The notes under the pieces: model-generated
Seen by the model: only the letters and a program-made list of their open reading frames with translations
What the model was told of the DNA's origin: nothing
Database searches by the model: none
Assembly: GCA_963666425.2 (NCBI GenBank)
Contig: OY762825.2
Coordinates: 544,001-608,000, forward strand
Direction of reading: 5' to 3'
DNA: 64,000 nt
Source: Bacillota bacterium
Lineage (GTDB): Bacteria > Bacillota > JAAYKD01
Translations under genes and position numbers: made by a program
Shown here: in pieces, positions 31,898-42,822 of the stretch
Layout: each line of letters opens with the position of its first letter
Position numbering within the stretch: position 1 is the stretch's first letter

Positions 31898-32291
31898 AAA
31901 TCTCTTTCGCAATGATCTGGGTCACCAATTGATGTTCTTTTTTAAAACGCTCATATTCCGCAAAGGAGCGGAAGGGTTGTTCACGGAAACTGTTTTTTCC
32001 TCCCGACTTGATGCCGGAGATGTCATAACCTAAATCCAGGACGGATTTTCGATCCTTGGAAAAATAGACACACAAATCCAGATCGAAAAAGCCTCCCTTC
32101 CACTCCACCAACTGCAAACCGCGGCTGCGATGAATGATGTATAAGGCGGTACCGCTATCCGGCAGAACCGCGCGTTTGGGGCGATTATGAAAGAGCAAAT
32201 TCTCCGCTGCTGGCTGATTTTGAGTGTGGCTGATGCGGTAAACCACCAAAGCAGCACAAAGCAGACTGAGAATTATTTTTACGATGATCAT
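31896..32291 (-). CDS. Hypothetical protein with N-terminal signal/TM segment
   Basis: 131-aa ORF overlapping the upstream stop (ATGA); hydrophobic N-terminus. Confidence 0.55.
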   Translation of the reverse strand: MIIVKIILSLLCAALVVYRISHTQNQPAAENLLFHNRPKRAVLPDSGTALYIIHRSRGLQLVEWKGGFFDLDLCVYFSKDRKSVLDLGYDISGIKSGGKNSFREQPFRSFAEYERFKKEHQLVTQIIAKEI

Positions 32292-32947
32292 GCTCTCACT
32301 CCGTCATTCAGTTTCTCCGCCAGCTCCGCCACCGCTTGCAGCGCTTTTTCATCCTGAGCCGCTACGAGGTGATCTGTATCGAGAGAAACTGCTTCGCCGA
32401 CCAATTTGGCATTCATTTCGTGCAGAAGAATCCTGGCAGTATCGCGCGCTGTGTCGGCCTTGCCGTCGCCGCCACCGCACAGGATGATGCCGCCGCGTTT
32501 CGGTTTGATCTGCGGTTTGATCTTGCGGATTCTCCGGTTGGCATAATAGGTCTGTAAACGGGAGGTGAGTGCCAGCAAAGCCCCGGATAATTCAGAAAAC
32601 TGGATGGCAGAGGCGATTATCACATTGTCGCAGCTTTCAATTTCCCGATAAATTTCCTGCATCTCATCCTGGATGGAACAGCCTGTATGACTCCAGCAAT
32701 AGCGGCAGTCGATGCAGGGACTGATCTTGCTGCCATAGGCGTTGACAACATGCACCTCACCATTCAATTGTTCTTTCAGTTTTTCAATTAAGTAGACTGT
32801 GTTGCCATTTTTGCGGGGAGAACCGTTGAAGATCAGCGTGCGCGGACAGGGCGCCGTTTGGTTCGACAAGAGCGGCTGCGGCTGCAAGCTATCCCGCTGT
32901 AGCCCGGGCTGTTCCGAGGTGAGTTTGATTTCTTCCGGCATTTTCAT
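32288..32947 (-). CDS. Iron-sulfur flavoprotein / flavodoxin-family (FMN reductase fold)
   Basis: NGSPRKNGNT and CIDCRYC-x5-C...DEMQEI. Confidence 0.87.
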   Translation of the reverse strand: MKMPEEIKLTSEQPGLQRDSLQPQPLLSNQTAPCPRTLIFNGSPRKNGNTVYLIEKLKEQLNGEVHVVNAYGSKISPCIDCRYCWSHTGCSIQDEMQEIYREIESCDNVIIASAIQFSELSGALLALTSRLQTYYANRRIRKIKPQIKPKRGGIILCGGGDGKADTARDTARILLHEMNAKLVGEAVSLDTDHLVAAQDEKALQAVAELAEKLNDGVRA

Positions 32948-33136
32948 ACACCCTTTCTCTATTAAGAATTTCGATATGAGTAGGAATTTGTTTTCTTTAT
33001 GCTAAGATGTTAGCATGGCTTTTCAGAAAAAGCAATGGCCAGAATATTTTACCTTAAGCAGTTGCCGCTTTGGCGGCAGGAAATTACCGGAGAAAATGGA
33101 ATAGGATAACAAACAAGGTTGAAATGAGGGAAAGCG

Positions 33137-33979
33137 ATGTATGATTTTTCAATTGGCGTGATGCTGGATTCTTTTCGCACCGGCATTGCCGAAGCACTGG
33201 ATCAGGCGGTCGCTGTTGGCGCGGAGGGGATCCAAGTCTACACAACCACCGGCGAGCTGTCGGCAGCTCATTTAACTCCCACGAAACGCAGAGAATTTTT
33301 ACGGCAGGTGCAGGGACACGGTTTGAGCATCGCTGCTCTTTGCGGTGATTTGGGTCAGGGATTTGGTGATGCGCAAAAAAATCCTCAGCTGATCGAAGAT
33401 TCCAAACGGATTCTCGATCTGGCGAAGGACCTGGAAACCGATATTGTCACCACACACATCGGTGTTGTGCCAAACAATCCGCAGCACGCCCGATATCAAA
33501 TCATGCAGGAAGCTTGTTTTCAGCTCAGCCGCTATGCGGACAACCTACAGGCTCATTTCGCGATCGAAACTGGTCCGGAACCTGCTGCAGTCTTAAAAGA
33601 ATTCCTGGACAGTCTCAACTCCACCGGCGTGGCGGTCAATTTGGATCCCGCTAATTTTGTCATGGTGACCGGTGACGATCCGGTTGCCGCCGTTTATACC
33701 CTGCAGAAGTATATTGTGCATACGCACGCCAAAGACGGACGGCGTTTGAGAATCAAAGACCCCGAAAAAATCTATGGGATCCTGGCGGACAGCGATACCG
33801 CCGAACCGGATTTTATCGAACTGCCTCTGGGTGAAGGGGACGTTGATTTTGCCAATTACCTAAAAGCACTGCATGAAATTGGCTACCATGGTTTTTTGAC
33901 CGTGGAAAGAGAAGCCGGTGCCCATCCCGCCGAGGATATCGCCAAGGCGGTGGCATTTTTGCGGCGATGGCGGCGATAA
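33137..33979 (+). CDS. Sugar phosphate isomerase/epimerase (xylose-isomerase-like TIM barrel)
   Basis: AIETGPE, NLDPAN, HTHAKD, LGEGDVDF, TVERE. Confidence 0.9.
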   Translation: MYDFSIGVMLDSFRTGIAEALDQAVAVGAEGIQVYTTTGELSAAHLTPTKRREFLRQVQGHGLSIAALCGDLGQGFGDAQKNPQLIEDSKRILDLAKDLETDIVTTHIGVVPNNPQHARYQIMQEACFQLSRYADNLQAHFAIETGPEPAAVLKEFLDSLNSTGVAVNLDPANFVMVTGDDPVAAVYTLQKYIVHTHAKDGRRLRIKDPEKIYGILADSDTAEPDFIELPLGEGDVDFANYLKALHEIGYHGFLTVEREAGAHPAEDIAKAVAFLRRWRR

Positions 33980-33989
33980 CGAGCAATTG

Positions 33990-34031
33990 AAAAAAGGGCT
34001 GTAGCGAAACGAAAATCGCTACAGCCCTTTT
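33990..34031. terminator. Bidirectional terminator hairpin
   Basis: AAAAAGGGCTGTAGCGA...TCGCTACAGCCCTTTT. Confidence 0.75.
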
Positions 34032-34107
34032 CTTCAATTAGTATAACTTCCGCCGGAAGACGCATCAGTACTTTCGCGTTCGATACTGAGTAACATTGTA
34101 TTAAGTA

Positions 34108-35936
34108 CTTTTCGGAACAGTCAAGACTGTTCCCTACATTTAGGCAATGTATATTACTGTTTTGTTAGGGTATTATTGCGCATTTATATACCATTGCAAT
34201 GCGATTATAATCATTCTGCAAGGTAGGGAATGGTCTTGACCATTCCGCGTAACCGAGCGATGTGAGATTGTTATGCATAGAAATTTGTTTATTTTTCGGA
34301 ACAGTCAAGACTGTTCCCTACATTTAGGCAATGCTTATTACTGTTTTGTTAGGGTATTATTGCGCATTTATATACTATTGCAATGCGATTATAATCATTT
34401 TGCAAGGTAGGGAATGGTCTTGACCATTCCGCGTAACCGAGCGATGTGAGATTGTTATGCATAGAAATTTGTTTACTTTTCGGAACAGTCAAGACTGTTC
34501 CCTACATTTAGGCAATACTTATTACTGTTTTGTTAGGGTATTATTGCACATTTATATACCATTGCAATGCGATTATAATCATTTTGCAAGGTAGGGAATG
34601 GTCTTGACCATTCCGCGTAACCGAGCGATGTGAGATTGTTATGCATAGAAATTTGTTTACTTTTCGGAACAGTCAAGACTGTTCCCTACATTTAGGCAAT
34701 GCTTATTACTGTTTTGTTAGGGTATTATTGCGCATTTATATACCATTGCAATGCGATTATAATCATTTTGCAAGGTAGAGAATGGTCTTGACCATTCCGC
34801 GTAACCGAGCGATGTGAGATTGTTATGCATAGAAATTTGTTTACTTTTCGGAACAGTCAAGACTGTTCCCTACATTTAGGCAATGTATATTACTGTTTTG
34901 TTAGGGTATTATTGCGCATTTATATACCATTGCAATGCGATTATAATCCTTCTGCAAGGTAGGGAATGGTCTTGACCATTCCGCGTAACCGAGCGATGTG
35001 AGATTGTTATGCATAGAAATTTGTTTACTTTTCGGAACAGTCAAGACTGTTCCCTACATTTAGGCAATGCTTATTACTGTTTTGTTAGGGTATTATTGCA
35101 CATTTATATACCATTGCAATGTATATTACTGTTTTGTTAGGATATTATTGCGCATTTATATACCATTGCAATGCGATTATAATCATTTTGCAAGGTAGGG
35201 AATGGTCTTGACCATTCCGCGTAACCGAGCGATGTGAGATTGTTATGCATAGAAATTTGTTTGCTTTTCGGAACAGTCAAGACTGTTCCCTACATTTAGG
35301 CAATGTATATTACTGTTTTGTTAGGGTATTATTGCGCATTTATATACCATTGCAATGTATATTACTGTTTTGTTAGGGTATTATTGCGCATTTATATACC
35401 ATTGCAATGCGATTATAATCATTTTGCAAGGTAGGGAATGGTCTTGACCATTCCGCGTAACCGAGCGATGTGAGATTGTTATGCATAGAAATTTGTTTAC
35501 TTTTCGGAACAGTCAAGACTGTTCCCTACATTTAGGCAATGTATATTACTGTTTTGTTAGGGTATTACTGCGCATTTATATACCATTGCAATGCGATTAT
35601 AATCATTTTGCATGGTAGGGAATGGTCTTGACCATTCCGCGTAACCGAGCGATGTGAGATTGTTATGCATAGAAATTTGTTTACTTTTCGGAACAGTCAA
35701 GACTGTTCCCTACATTTAGGCAATGCTTATTACTGTTTTGTTAGGGTATTATTGCGCATTTATATACTATTGCAATGCGATTATAATCCTTCTGCAAGGT
35801 AGAGAATGGTCTTGACCATTCCGCGTAACCGAGCGATGTGAGATTGTTATACATAGAAATTTGTTTACTTTTCGGAACAGTCAAGACTGTTCCCTACATT
35901 TAGGCAATGTATATTACTTTTTTGTTAGGGTATTAT
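34108..35936. repeat. Array 3: near-perfect tandem repeat (7 x 184 bp, 2 x 236 bp and a partial unit), two inverted REPs per unit
   Basis: CGGAACAGTCAAGACTGTTCCCTAC starts at 34113, 34297, 34481, 34665, 34849, 35033, 35269, 35505, 35689 and 35873; each full unit also has GTAGrGAATGGTCTTGACCATTCCG. Confidence 0.95.
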
Positions 35937-36019
35937 GGTTTTTGTACATCTAGTGCTGTTAATTTTGCGCGGCGCTTTTTAAACTGTTTTGCGAGAGCCG
36001 CTTTTTCATTTTACTGTAT

Positions 36020-37117
36020 TTACTTCTTCTGCAGGAAAGGCGGCACAGAAAAATCAGCGCCGGACTTGGCCTGATTCTGTTTCATCGCCATGGAAATGGT
36101 CCGCTCATCCCGCATCTCTGGTTTCTTGTTCGGATCAAAATAGGGAGACCGCTGTTTCTGGTCGAAACCGGTTGCTACCACGGCCAGACGCACTTGGTCT
36201 TTTAATTTTTCATCAATCGAAGTACCCCAGATGATCTGGGCATCCGGATCGACCGCCTGGGTAATGATATCGGCCGCTTCTGTCGTTTCATATAAGGTTA
36301 AATCCGGTCCGCCGGCAATGTTCAATAAAACACCGCGGGCTCCTTCGATCGATGTTTCCAGCAAAGGACTGGAAATCGCCATTTTGGCAGCCTGTACCGC
36401 TCTGCCTTCACCCTGACCGTAGCCAATACCCATGATGGCAGTCCCGGAATCACGCATAATCGATTTGACATCGGCAAAGTCCAAATTGACAATACCGGGA
36501 ACCACAATTAAGTCGGAGATGCCCTGCACACCCTGACGCAGGATTTCATCCACCATTTTAAAGGCATCCAGTAAGGTCGTCTTTTTATCAATCACTTGCA
36601 TCAGGCGATCATTGGGTATGGTGATCAGAGCATCCACTTTTTCCCGCAGTCTGCTGATACCAAGATCAGCCTGCGCCGCACGGCGGCGACCCTCAAAAGC
36701 GAAGGGTTTGGTGACGACGGAAATGGTCAGCGCACCCATTTCTTTGGCAACTTCTGCTACAACGGCTGCCGCGCCTGTGCCGGTGCCGCCGCCCATGCCG
36801 GCCGTGACAAAGACCATATCAGCGCCTTTCAGGACGCGAGCCAGTTCATCCCGGCTCTCCTCGGCAGCTTTCAAACCAATGTCCGGATTGCCGCCCGCTC
36901 CCTGACCGCGGGTTAATTTCATGCCAATCTGCAGCTTTTGATCTGCCAAAGAATGCTCTAAAACAACACCGTCTGTATTGACAGCGATGAATTCTACCCC
37001 TTTTAAGCCGGCTGCGATCATGCGGTCTACCGCATTACTACCGCCGCCGCCGACGCCAATGACTTTAATTTTTGTGATTTCCTGCATATCAGATTGAACT
37101 TCCAACACGAGCTTCAC
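36020..37117 (-). CDS. ftsZ: Cell division protein FtsZ
   Basis: [26 protein letters not shown]-terminal VPPFL. Confidence 0.98.
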   Translation of the reverse strand: MKLVLEVQSDMQEITKIKVIGVGGGGSNAVDRMIAAGLKGVEFIAVNTDGVVLEHSLADQKLQIGMKLTRGQGAGGNPDIGLKAAEESRDELARVLKGADMVFVTAGMGGGTGTGAAAVVAEVAKEMGALTISVVTKPFAFEGRRRAAQADLGISRLREKVDALITIPNDRLMQVIDKKTTLLDAFKMVDEILRQGVQGISDLIVVPGIVNLDFADVKSIMRDSGTAIMGIGYGQGEGRAVQAAKMAISSPLLETSIEGARGVLLNIAGGPDLTLYETTEAADIITQAVDPDAQIIWGTSIDEKLKDQVRLAVVATGFDQKQRSPYFDPNKKPEMRDERTISMAMKQNQAKSGADFSVPPFLQKK

Positions 37118-37352
37118 TCCTCTTCTTAATTCTTACTGCCGATGACATGACATTTTTATCGCTTGAATGACCTGATTTTCTCTGTTCGTATTGAAAACCG
37201 GCTTACGGAAAGCCTTTGCCTAAAATTTCGTCCTGCCAATAAGGGATTCCTCCCTGCTCTCTGAAAGAATATCCTGTAGAAACAGCAGCCGTTTTTTGAC
37301 AGCAAGCTTTCCAGCGTTCAGATGCTTGTTTTCCAACCTGCTTTGGCAGTGG

Positions 37353-38075
37353 TCAATCCGGGATAAAGACTGGTTTTCCTTCCTGCAGGATGATCGTGCC
37401 TTTCTGGTTTTTCTCACGCATCAGGAGAATAATGGTGCGCATACTGTTCAGTTGTTCGGTACTGACTTCGCTGCCTTGCACCTGTATGCGATAATTATCC
37501 ACCGAAACAATGGTAAGATAGCGGGCATCGGTCAGCTTGATTTCCGCTACCAAATTTTTAAACGTATCACTCATTTGCTCGATCAGCAGTTTAACCCGGT
37601 TGATATCCGTATCAGCCGGAATGCGGTCACCTACACCGAGGAAAGGCAGTTCGATGCCGGTCAGCAGAATCACCTGTTCGTTCGCCGGTAATTGCGTTGC
37701 AATCTCTAAGGCAATCCCTTCATCTGAAATTGCCAGGTAATTGCCATGATAGGGAATATAGGCCATAATTTGACGTTCTGTCAGCGTGATCTCCATTTTA
37801 TTGGGCAATAGATAGCGAATCTGCGCTTCGGCAATCCAAGGTGTCTTGGTCAGTTTCGCTTCCAACGGCTGTAAACGTAAGAAAATCAAAGGCTTGCCAA
37901 TCGGTTCGTCCAACACATAGTAAATCTGATTGACGTCTGCTTTGACGTTGCCGACAATCGTCAATTCACTCAAACGAAAGATCGGCAGCAGCCAAAGAGA
38001 AAGCAGGAACAGCAAAGGCAGCAGCAAAAGGAATCGGATTTTCCAACTAATCTTCAGCGATTTGAGCCGTTTCAA
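37353..38075 (-). CDS. ftsQ: Cell division protein FtsQ/DivIB
   Basis: One TM segment plus POTRA-like region (PWIAEAQIRYLLPNKMEI); TTG start after AAGGAGG. Confidence 0.82.
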   Translation of the reverse strand: MKRLKSLKISWKIRFLLLLPLLFLLSLWLLPIFRLSELTIVGNVKADVNQIYYVLDEPIGKPLIFLRLQPLEAKLTKTPWIAEAQIRYLLPNKMEITLTERQIMAYIPYHGNYLAISDEGIALEIATQLPANEQVILLTGIELPFLGVGDRIPADTDINRVKLLIEQMSDTFKNLVAEIKLTDARYLTIVSVDNYRIQVQGSEVSTEQLNSMRTIILLMREKNQKGTIILQEGKPVFIPD

Positions 38076-38115
38076 TTCGTTGCCTCCTTTCCTTGCCTGC
38101 AACGACCTGACGATC

Positions 38116-39042
38116 TTACGCTTCCAAAGCCAACTGAATCAATTTCTCCACCAAATCCGCATAGGAATAGCCAATTGCTTTGGCTGCATCCGGCACCAGA
38201 CTGGTACCCGTCATACCGGGCAGTGTATTCACTTCCAGCAGCCAGCAGCGGCCTTCCTTATCTGCAAAGAAATCCGACCGGGAAATACCGCGGCAGCCCA
38301 AGGCACGGTGCGCTTTCACCGCCATCGCTTTGGCTTCCGCTTCCACTGCCGGCGCGATGCGGGCGGGTATTAAATGCTTGCTCATATTGACCGCGTACTT
38401 CGCTTCATAATCATAAAATTCATTGGAAGAAACAATTTCAATACAGGGTAGAACGGTCAGTTCGTGATTTCCCCAGATGGCCACGGTCAGCTCCGTACCG
38501 CTGATCGCTTCTTCAATTAAGACTTCGGTATCATACTGTAAAGCCAGGCGCAGAGCCGGCAGTAAGTCTTGCCGCTCTTTCACCAAGGTCAGACCAATGG
38601 AGGAGCCTTGGGAAGCCGGTTTCACGATCAAATGATCTACGCCGGCAAAGACAGTCTCTACTTGTTCATGAATGCGATCCAAATCTGTATATTGATCAAC
38701 AGGCAGCCATTTTGGCGTTCTGATCTGTTCAAATTCAAAGACTTTCTTCGACATGATTTTATTCATCGCCAAAGCGCTGGCTAAAACACCGGAACCAACA
38801 TAAGGAATTCCCATGATTTCCAATAAACCTTGCACAGTACCGTCTTCTCCGAATTTTCCGTGCGAAGCAATAAATGCCACGTCGACCGGCATGGCCTGCA
38901 GTGCGCCGGGCAACTGCGCGTCAATTTCCATTTGATAAGCGCGATACCCTCGCGACTGCAGCGCTGCGATGATCCCCGCAGCTGTTTTTAAGGAGATTTC
39001 TCTTTCCGATGATCTGCCCACTAAGACTGCAACATTTTTCAT
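38116..39042 (-). CDS. ddl: D-alanine--D-alanine ligase
   Basis: HGKFGEDG, KPASQGSSIG, YDYEAKY, LEVNTLPGMT. Confidence 0.96.
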   Translation of the reverse strand: MKNVAVLVGRSSEREISLKTAAGIIAALQSRGYRAYQMEIDAQLPGALQAMPVDVAFIASHGKFGEDGTVQGLLEIMGIPYVGSGVLASALAMNKIMSKKVFEFEQIRTPKWLPVDQYTDLDRIHEQVETVFAGVDHLIVKPASQGSSIGLTLVKERQDLLPALRLALQYDTEVLIEEAISGTELTVAIWGNHELTVLPCIEIVSSNEFYDYEAKYAVNMSKHLIPARIAPAVEAEAKAMAVKAHRALGCRGISRSDFFADKEGRCWLLEVNTLPGMTGTSLVPDAAKAIGYSYADLVEKLIQLALEA

Positions 39043-40466
39043 AATTTGATTTCCCCTTCTTCATTTTCTCCGCCGGCAGGAAGTAGATTTTGCAATTCCT
39101 GCAATAAGGGAATGCCAAATTGATTGACATCGCCGGCTCCCATTAAAATCACCATATCGCCAGGCCGTAAGAGCGGCGCCAACTGCTGCGGTAATTGCGT
39201 TTTATCCGCGATATAAATGACTTGTCTTTGCGGATCCCATTCATGCACTGCATTGACCAACATTTCACCATTAACGCCAGGTTCCGGTCTTTTTTCCCTG
39301 GAAGCAAAAATATCGGTCAGAATGACCAGATCGGCGTCAAAAAAAGCTTTGCCGAAATCATTTCTGAGATTTCTGGTGCGCGAGTAAAGATGCGGCTGAA
39401 AAACAACCAGCAATCGCTTGGGCTGAAAGGTTCTGGCCGCCGCCAGGGCTGCTTTGATTTCCGTAGGGTGATGGGAATAGTCTTCGATGACGGTGATCTC
39501 CCCTACACTGCCAATCTTTTCAAAACGCCGTTTGGAACCGCCGAAAGCAGCCAAACCCTGCTGAATCTCGGCCATGGTCAGACCCAAGTGCAAGCAAATA
39601 CCCACGACAGCCAAAGCATTTTCTACATTGTGCCTGCCGGGCACCTGCAGCTCGATCTCACCCAAAACAGCATGATCCAGCACGACCTGAAATTGACAGT
39701 GCCCATTCTGCAAAACGACCTTGGCTGCCTGCAGACGCGCATCGGCGGCAAAGCCAAAGCTCAGATAGGAACAAGTCAGCTGCGGTATGATTTTGCGTAC
39801 GCTGTCGGAATCGATGCCCAGCATGGCAAAACCATCTGCCGGCAATTGATTCAAATAGGTCACGAAAGCCTGTTCAATATGGTAGAGCGATTTATAATAG
39901 TCCAGATGATCGGCTTCAATGTTGGTGATCACAGCATATTTGTAGCTCAGGTTGAGAAAACTGCCATCGCTTTCATCTACTTCGGCGACCAGATAGCGTC
40001 CTTCTCCCCAGCAGGCATTGCCGCCGATCTGCGCCAACTCGCCGCCCAGGATCGCGGCAGGCTCTTTGCCGGCACTGAGCAGGACCGTTGTCAGCATGGA
40101 GCTGGTGGTTGTTTTGCCATGCGCACCAGCAACGGTGATGCTTTCTTTTTCCGCCATCAGCACATTCAGCATTTTGGAACGATGCCAAATTGGGATTCTC
40201 CGTCTCTCGGCTTCTTCCACTTCCGCATTTTCATATTTTATGGCTGATGAAACCACGACCAACTCCGCATCACCCAATTGTTCTGCTTTATGACCGCAGT
40301 AAACCTTGGCACCCAAGCGGCGTAAATCTTCTGTGATATGAGATTCATTTTCATCCGAACCGGAGACTGTCATGCCGCGTCCCAATAAAATACGCGCCAG
40401 GGCACTCATCCCGATCCCACCGATGGCGATAAAATGGACTTTTTTATATTGGCCCAAATTTTCCAT
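39039..40466 (-). CDS. murC: UDP-N-acetylmuramate--L-alanine ligase
   Basis: IGGIGMS, GAHGKTTT, EVDESDGSF, HHPTEI, FQPHLYSRT; start ATG 40466. Confidence 0.96.
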   Translation of the reverse strand: MENLGQYKKVHFIAIGGIGMSALARILLGRGMTVSGSDENESHITEDLRRLGAKVYCGHKAEQLGDAELVVVSSAIKYENAEVEEAERRRIPIWHRSKMLNVLMAEKESITVAGAHGKTTTSSMLTTVLLSAGKEPAAILGGELAQIGGNACWGEGRYLVAEVDESDGSFLNLSYKYAVITNIEADHLDYYKSLYHIEQAFVTYLNQLPADGFAMLGIDSDSVRKIIPQLTCSYLSFGFAADARLQAAKVVLQNGHCQFQVVLDHAVLGEIELQVPGRHNVENALAVVGICLHLGLTMAEIQQGLAAFGGSKRRFEKIGSVGEITVIEDYSHHPTEIKAALAAARTFQPKRLLVVFQPHLYSRTRNLRNDFGKAFFDADLVILTDIFASREKRPEPGVNGEMLVNAVHEWDPQRQVIYIADKTQLPQQLAPLLRPGDMVILMGAGDVNQFGIPLLQELQNLLPAGGENEEGEIKL

Positions 40467-40575
40467 ATAAAACACCTTTCCCTCACAGCGCAGGCTGTTT
40501 TCTGTCAATCCGATCGATCGCCGGCTTCCCACTTGCCGGGATAGCGGCGTGCTTGCTTGCTGCGGTCGGTTTTCT

Positions 40576-41685
40576 TTATTTCTGTTTTATCGCGATTTGA
40601 CAGGCTAAGTCGGCAAATTGCCTGGTCGCATTCGGTTTTGCCATGGCTAAGGCAGCCTGATGCATCCGCTGCGATTTTTCATCGTCGAACAAAATCTGGT
40701 TGATTGTCTGCAGCAACAGCGTTGGGGTTAAATCCTTTTCCCGAATCATCATGCCGGCGCCTTCATTTTCAATCGCCTTGGCATTGTATTCCTGGTGATT
40801 ATCCGCTACATGGGGTGAGGGGATATAAATAGCGGGAATACCGACCAGATTGATTTCTGCAATCATACCGCCGGAACGGGAGATGATCAGATCGGCCGCC
40901 TTCAGACCGGCTGCCATATCGAACAAATAAGGCAGCAAATGCAGGTTTTTATGCTGCAAGTAACCGAGCGCGTTTAGTTTCGCTGAAATCTCGGCAAAAT
41001 GCGCTTTGCCCGTGGCAAAAATAATCTGCTGACCGCTCTGGGATAAGAAATCGGGCAGCACCGCCAAAACGGCTTCATTGATTGGCTCCGCTCCGCGGCT
41101 GCCGCCGACCACCAGCAAAGTTTTCAGTTTTGGATTTAGCTGCAGACGCCGGATTGCCTCTTCTCTGCCGGTTGCCATGATTTCCGGTCTGACCGGATTA
41201 CCGATCACGTATTGCGGCTTATTGCCGGGAAAATAACGGCTTGATTCAGGGTATGAGAGTGCGATGGCCGTCACAAATCGGGCTAACAGACGGTTGGTCA
41301 TACTGGGCAGCGCATTCTGCTCATGGATTAAGGTCGGGATTCTCATCAGGGCGGCCTGCAGAACCACAGGCCCGGCAACATAGCCGCCGGTACCAACCAC
41401 CACATCCGGTCGGAATTCCTTCAGGTAAGCATGCGCTTGAAAGAAACCGCTGGCTGCTGTGACAATTGTTTTTAAGGTATCCAAAGAAATCTTACGCTGA
41501 AAACCGCGGGAAGAAATCACAGAAAATGGGATCCCTTCTTGGGGAACCAGTTCTGATTCCATTCCTCTTTGCGTACCAAGATATAAAACCTGAAGAGGTT
41601 CTGGCCTCGCTTGTAATTCCTTGATTAAAGCAATGGCCGGATTGATATGTCCGCCCGTCCCACCGCCGGTCACAACCAGTCGCAT
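40576..41685 (-). CDS. murG: Lipid II GlcNAc transferase
   Basis: GGGTGGHI, HEQN, GNPVR, GGSRGA, HQEYNA. Confidence 0.97.
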   Translation of the reverse strand: MRLVVTGGGTGGHINPAIALIKELQARPEPLQVLYLGTQRGMESELVPQEGIPFSVISSRGFQRKISLDTLKTIVTAASGFFQAHAYLKEFRPDVVVGTGGYVAGPVVLQAALMRIPTLIHEQNALPSMTNRLLARFVTAIALSYPESSRYFPGNKPQYVIGNPVRPEIMATGREEAIRRLQLNPKLKTLLVVGGSRGAEPINEAVLAVLPDFLSQSGQQIIFATGKAHFAEISAKLNALGYLQHKNLHLLPYLFDMAAGLKAADLIISRSGGMIAEINLVGIPAIYIPSPHVADNHQEYNAKAIENEGAGMMIREKDLTPTLLLQTINQILFDDEKSQRMHQAALAMAKPNATRQFADLACQIAIKQK

Positions 41686-41706
41686 GACAACACATCCTTT
41701 CCGACA

Positions 41707-42813
41707 CTAAGATGCACTTGGTTTGGCGCGGGAGGCATTCAGCATCATCCCCACGGCAATCAGTGACATGACCAAAGAAGATCCACCCGCACTGATAAAC
41801 GGCAGCGTGATCCCTGTTGCAGGAATGGAGGAGGTAACCACCGCCATATTGACAATTGCCTGCAGACAAATCATGGAAGTAAAGCCGATCGCTAAAAAAG
41901 CGGCAAATAGATCGTCTGTTTTGCGGGAAATGCGATAACCGCGCCAAAGAAAGGCAACGAAGAGCATAATCAGGATGCTAGCGCCGAGCAAGCCCATTTC
42001 TTCCGCGACAATGGCAAAAATAAAATCGCTCATGGCTTCCGGCAGATAACCGTACTTCTGCCGGCTTTGGCCATAACCCAAGCCGACCAGCTTGCCGGAA
42101 GCGATGGCGTATAACGACTGAATCACTTGCCAGCCATGTCCGGATGGATCTTTCCAGGGATCGAGAAACGTCTTGATTCGGTCCAGACGGTATTCTTCAC
42201 CAACCGCCAGATAAACCAAGCCTGCTCCGCCGCTCAGACCGGCTAAAATCGTATAAATCCAAGGCAAGCCCGCGATGAACATCATGATTGCTGCCGTACC
42301 GATCACAATCAGCATGGTACTGTAATCCGGTTGCTTCAGAATAAAAACACATGGGATCAAAATCAATACGGCGCAGTAAGCCACGTCTTTCAATTTGCGC
42401 AAATTACCTTGTATCTCACTGAATTTTTTAGCCAGCAGGATGACAATCGCCATTTTTGCTGCTTCGGACGGCATAAACGTAGTAAAACCGAGGTTTAGCC
42501 AACGGGTTGCTCCGTTGCGGTTAATGGCCAGAGCGGGAATATACAACGCAGCCAGGAGCAGCAAACCAAAAATGTAGAAAGGCATTGCCCCTTTTTTAAA
42601 CCAATCCAAAGGAAGCAAAGCAGTAACGAACATGACAGCAAATCCCATGATGGCCCATTTGACCTGATTCAGCGCGAAATAACTGCTGTCTACACCCAAC
42701 TGCGGTGCTGTCACTGAGCTAGAGGAGTAAACCATGATCAAGCCAAAACCCACCAACATCGAAACGGTCAGAAACAACCAGATATCCGGTAAACGCCTTT
42801 TATATCCAGCCAC
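41707..42813 (-). CDS. ftsW: SEDS peptidoglycan polymerase FtsW/SpoVE
   Basis: NGATRW, PSEAAK, DFIFAIVAEEMG, TGITLPFISAGGSS. Confidence 0.93.
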   Translation of the reverse strand: MAGYKRRLPDIWLFLTVSMLVGFGLIMVYSSSSVTAPQLGVDSSYFALNQVKWAIMGFAVMFVTALLPLDWFKKGAMPFYIFGLLLLAALYIPALAINRNGATRWLNLGFTTFMPSEAAKMAIVILLAKKFSEIQGNLRKLKDVAYCAVLILIPCVFILKQPDYSTMLIVIGTAAIMMFIAGLPWIYTILAGLSGGAGLVYLAVGEEYRLDRIKTFLDPWKDPSGHGWQVIQSLYAIASGKLVGLGYGQSRQKYGYLPEAMSDFIFAIVAEEMGLLGASILIMLFVAFLWRGYRISRKTDDLFAAFLAIGFTSMICLQAIVNMAVVTSSIPATGITLPFISAGGSSLVMSLIAVGMMLNASRAKPSAS

Positions 42814-42822
42814 TGTTCGACC

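Noticed and set aside
34108-35936. CRISPR or TIGR-like guide array
   Set aside because: Sequences between the palindromes are near-identical rather than unique spacers, palindromes alternate in orientation, and there are no cas-like genes nearby.
39195-40247. 350-aa plus-strand ORF and similar long antisense ORFs (10347-11111, 49289-50029, 50178-51116)
   Set aside because: Shadow frames opposite well-conserved genes (murC, ntpA, AIR synthase family, fprA).
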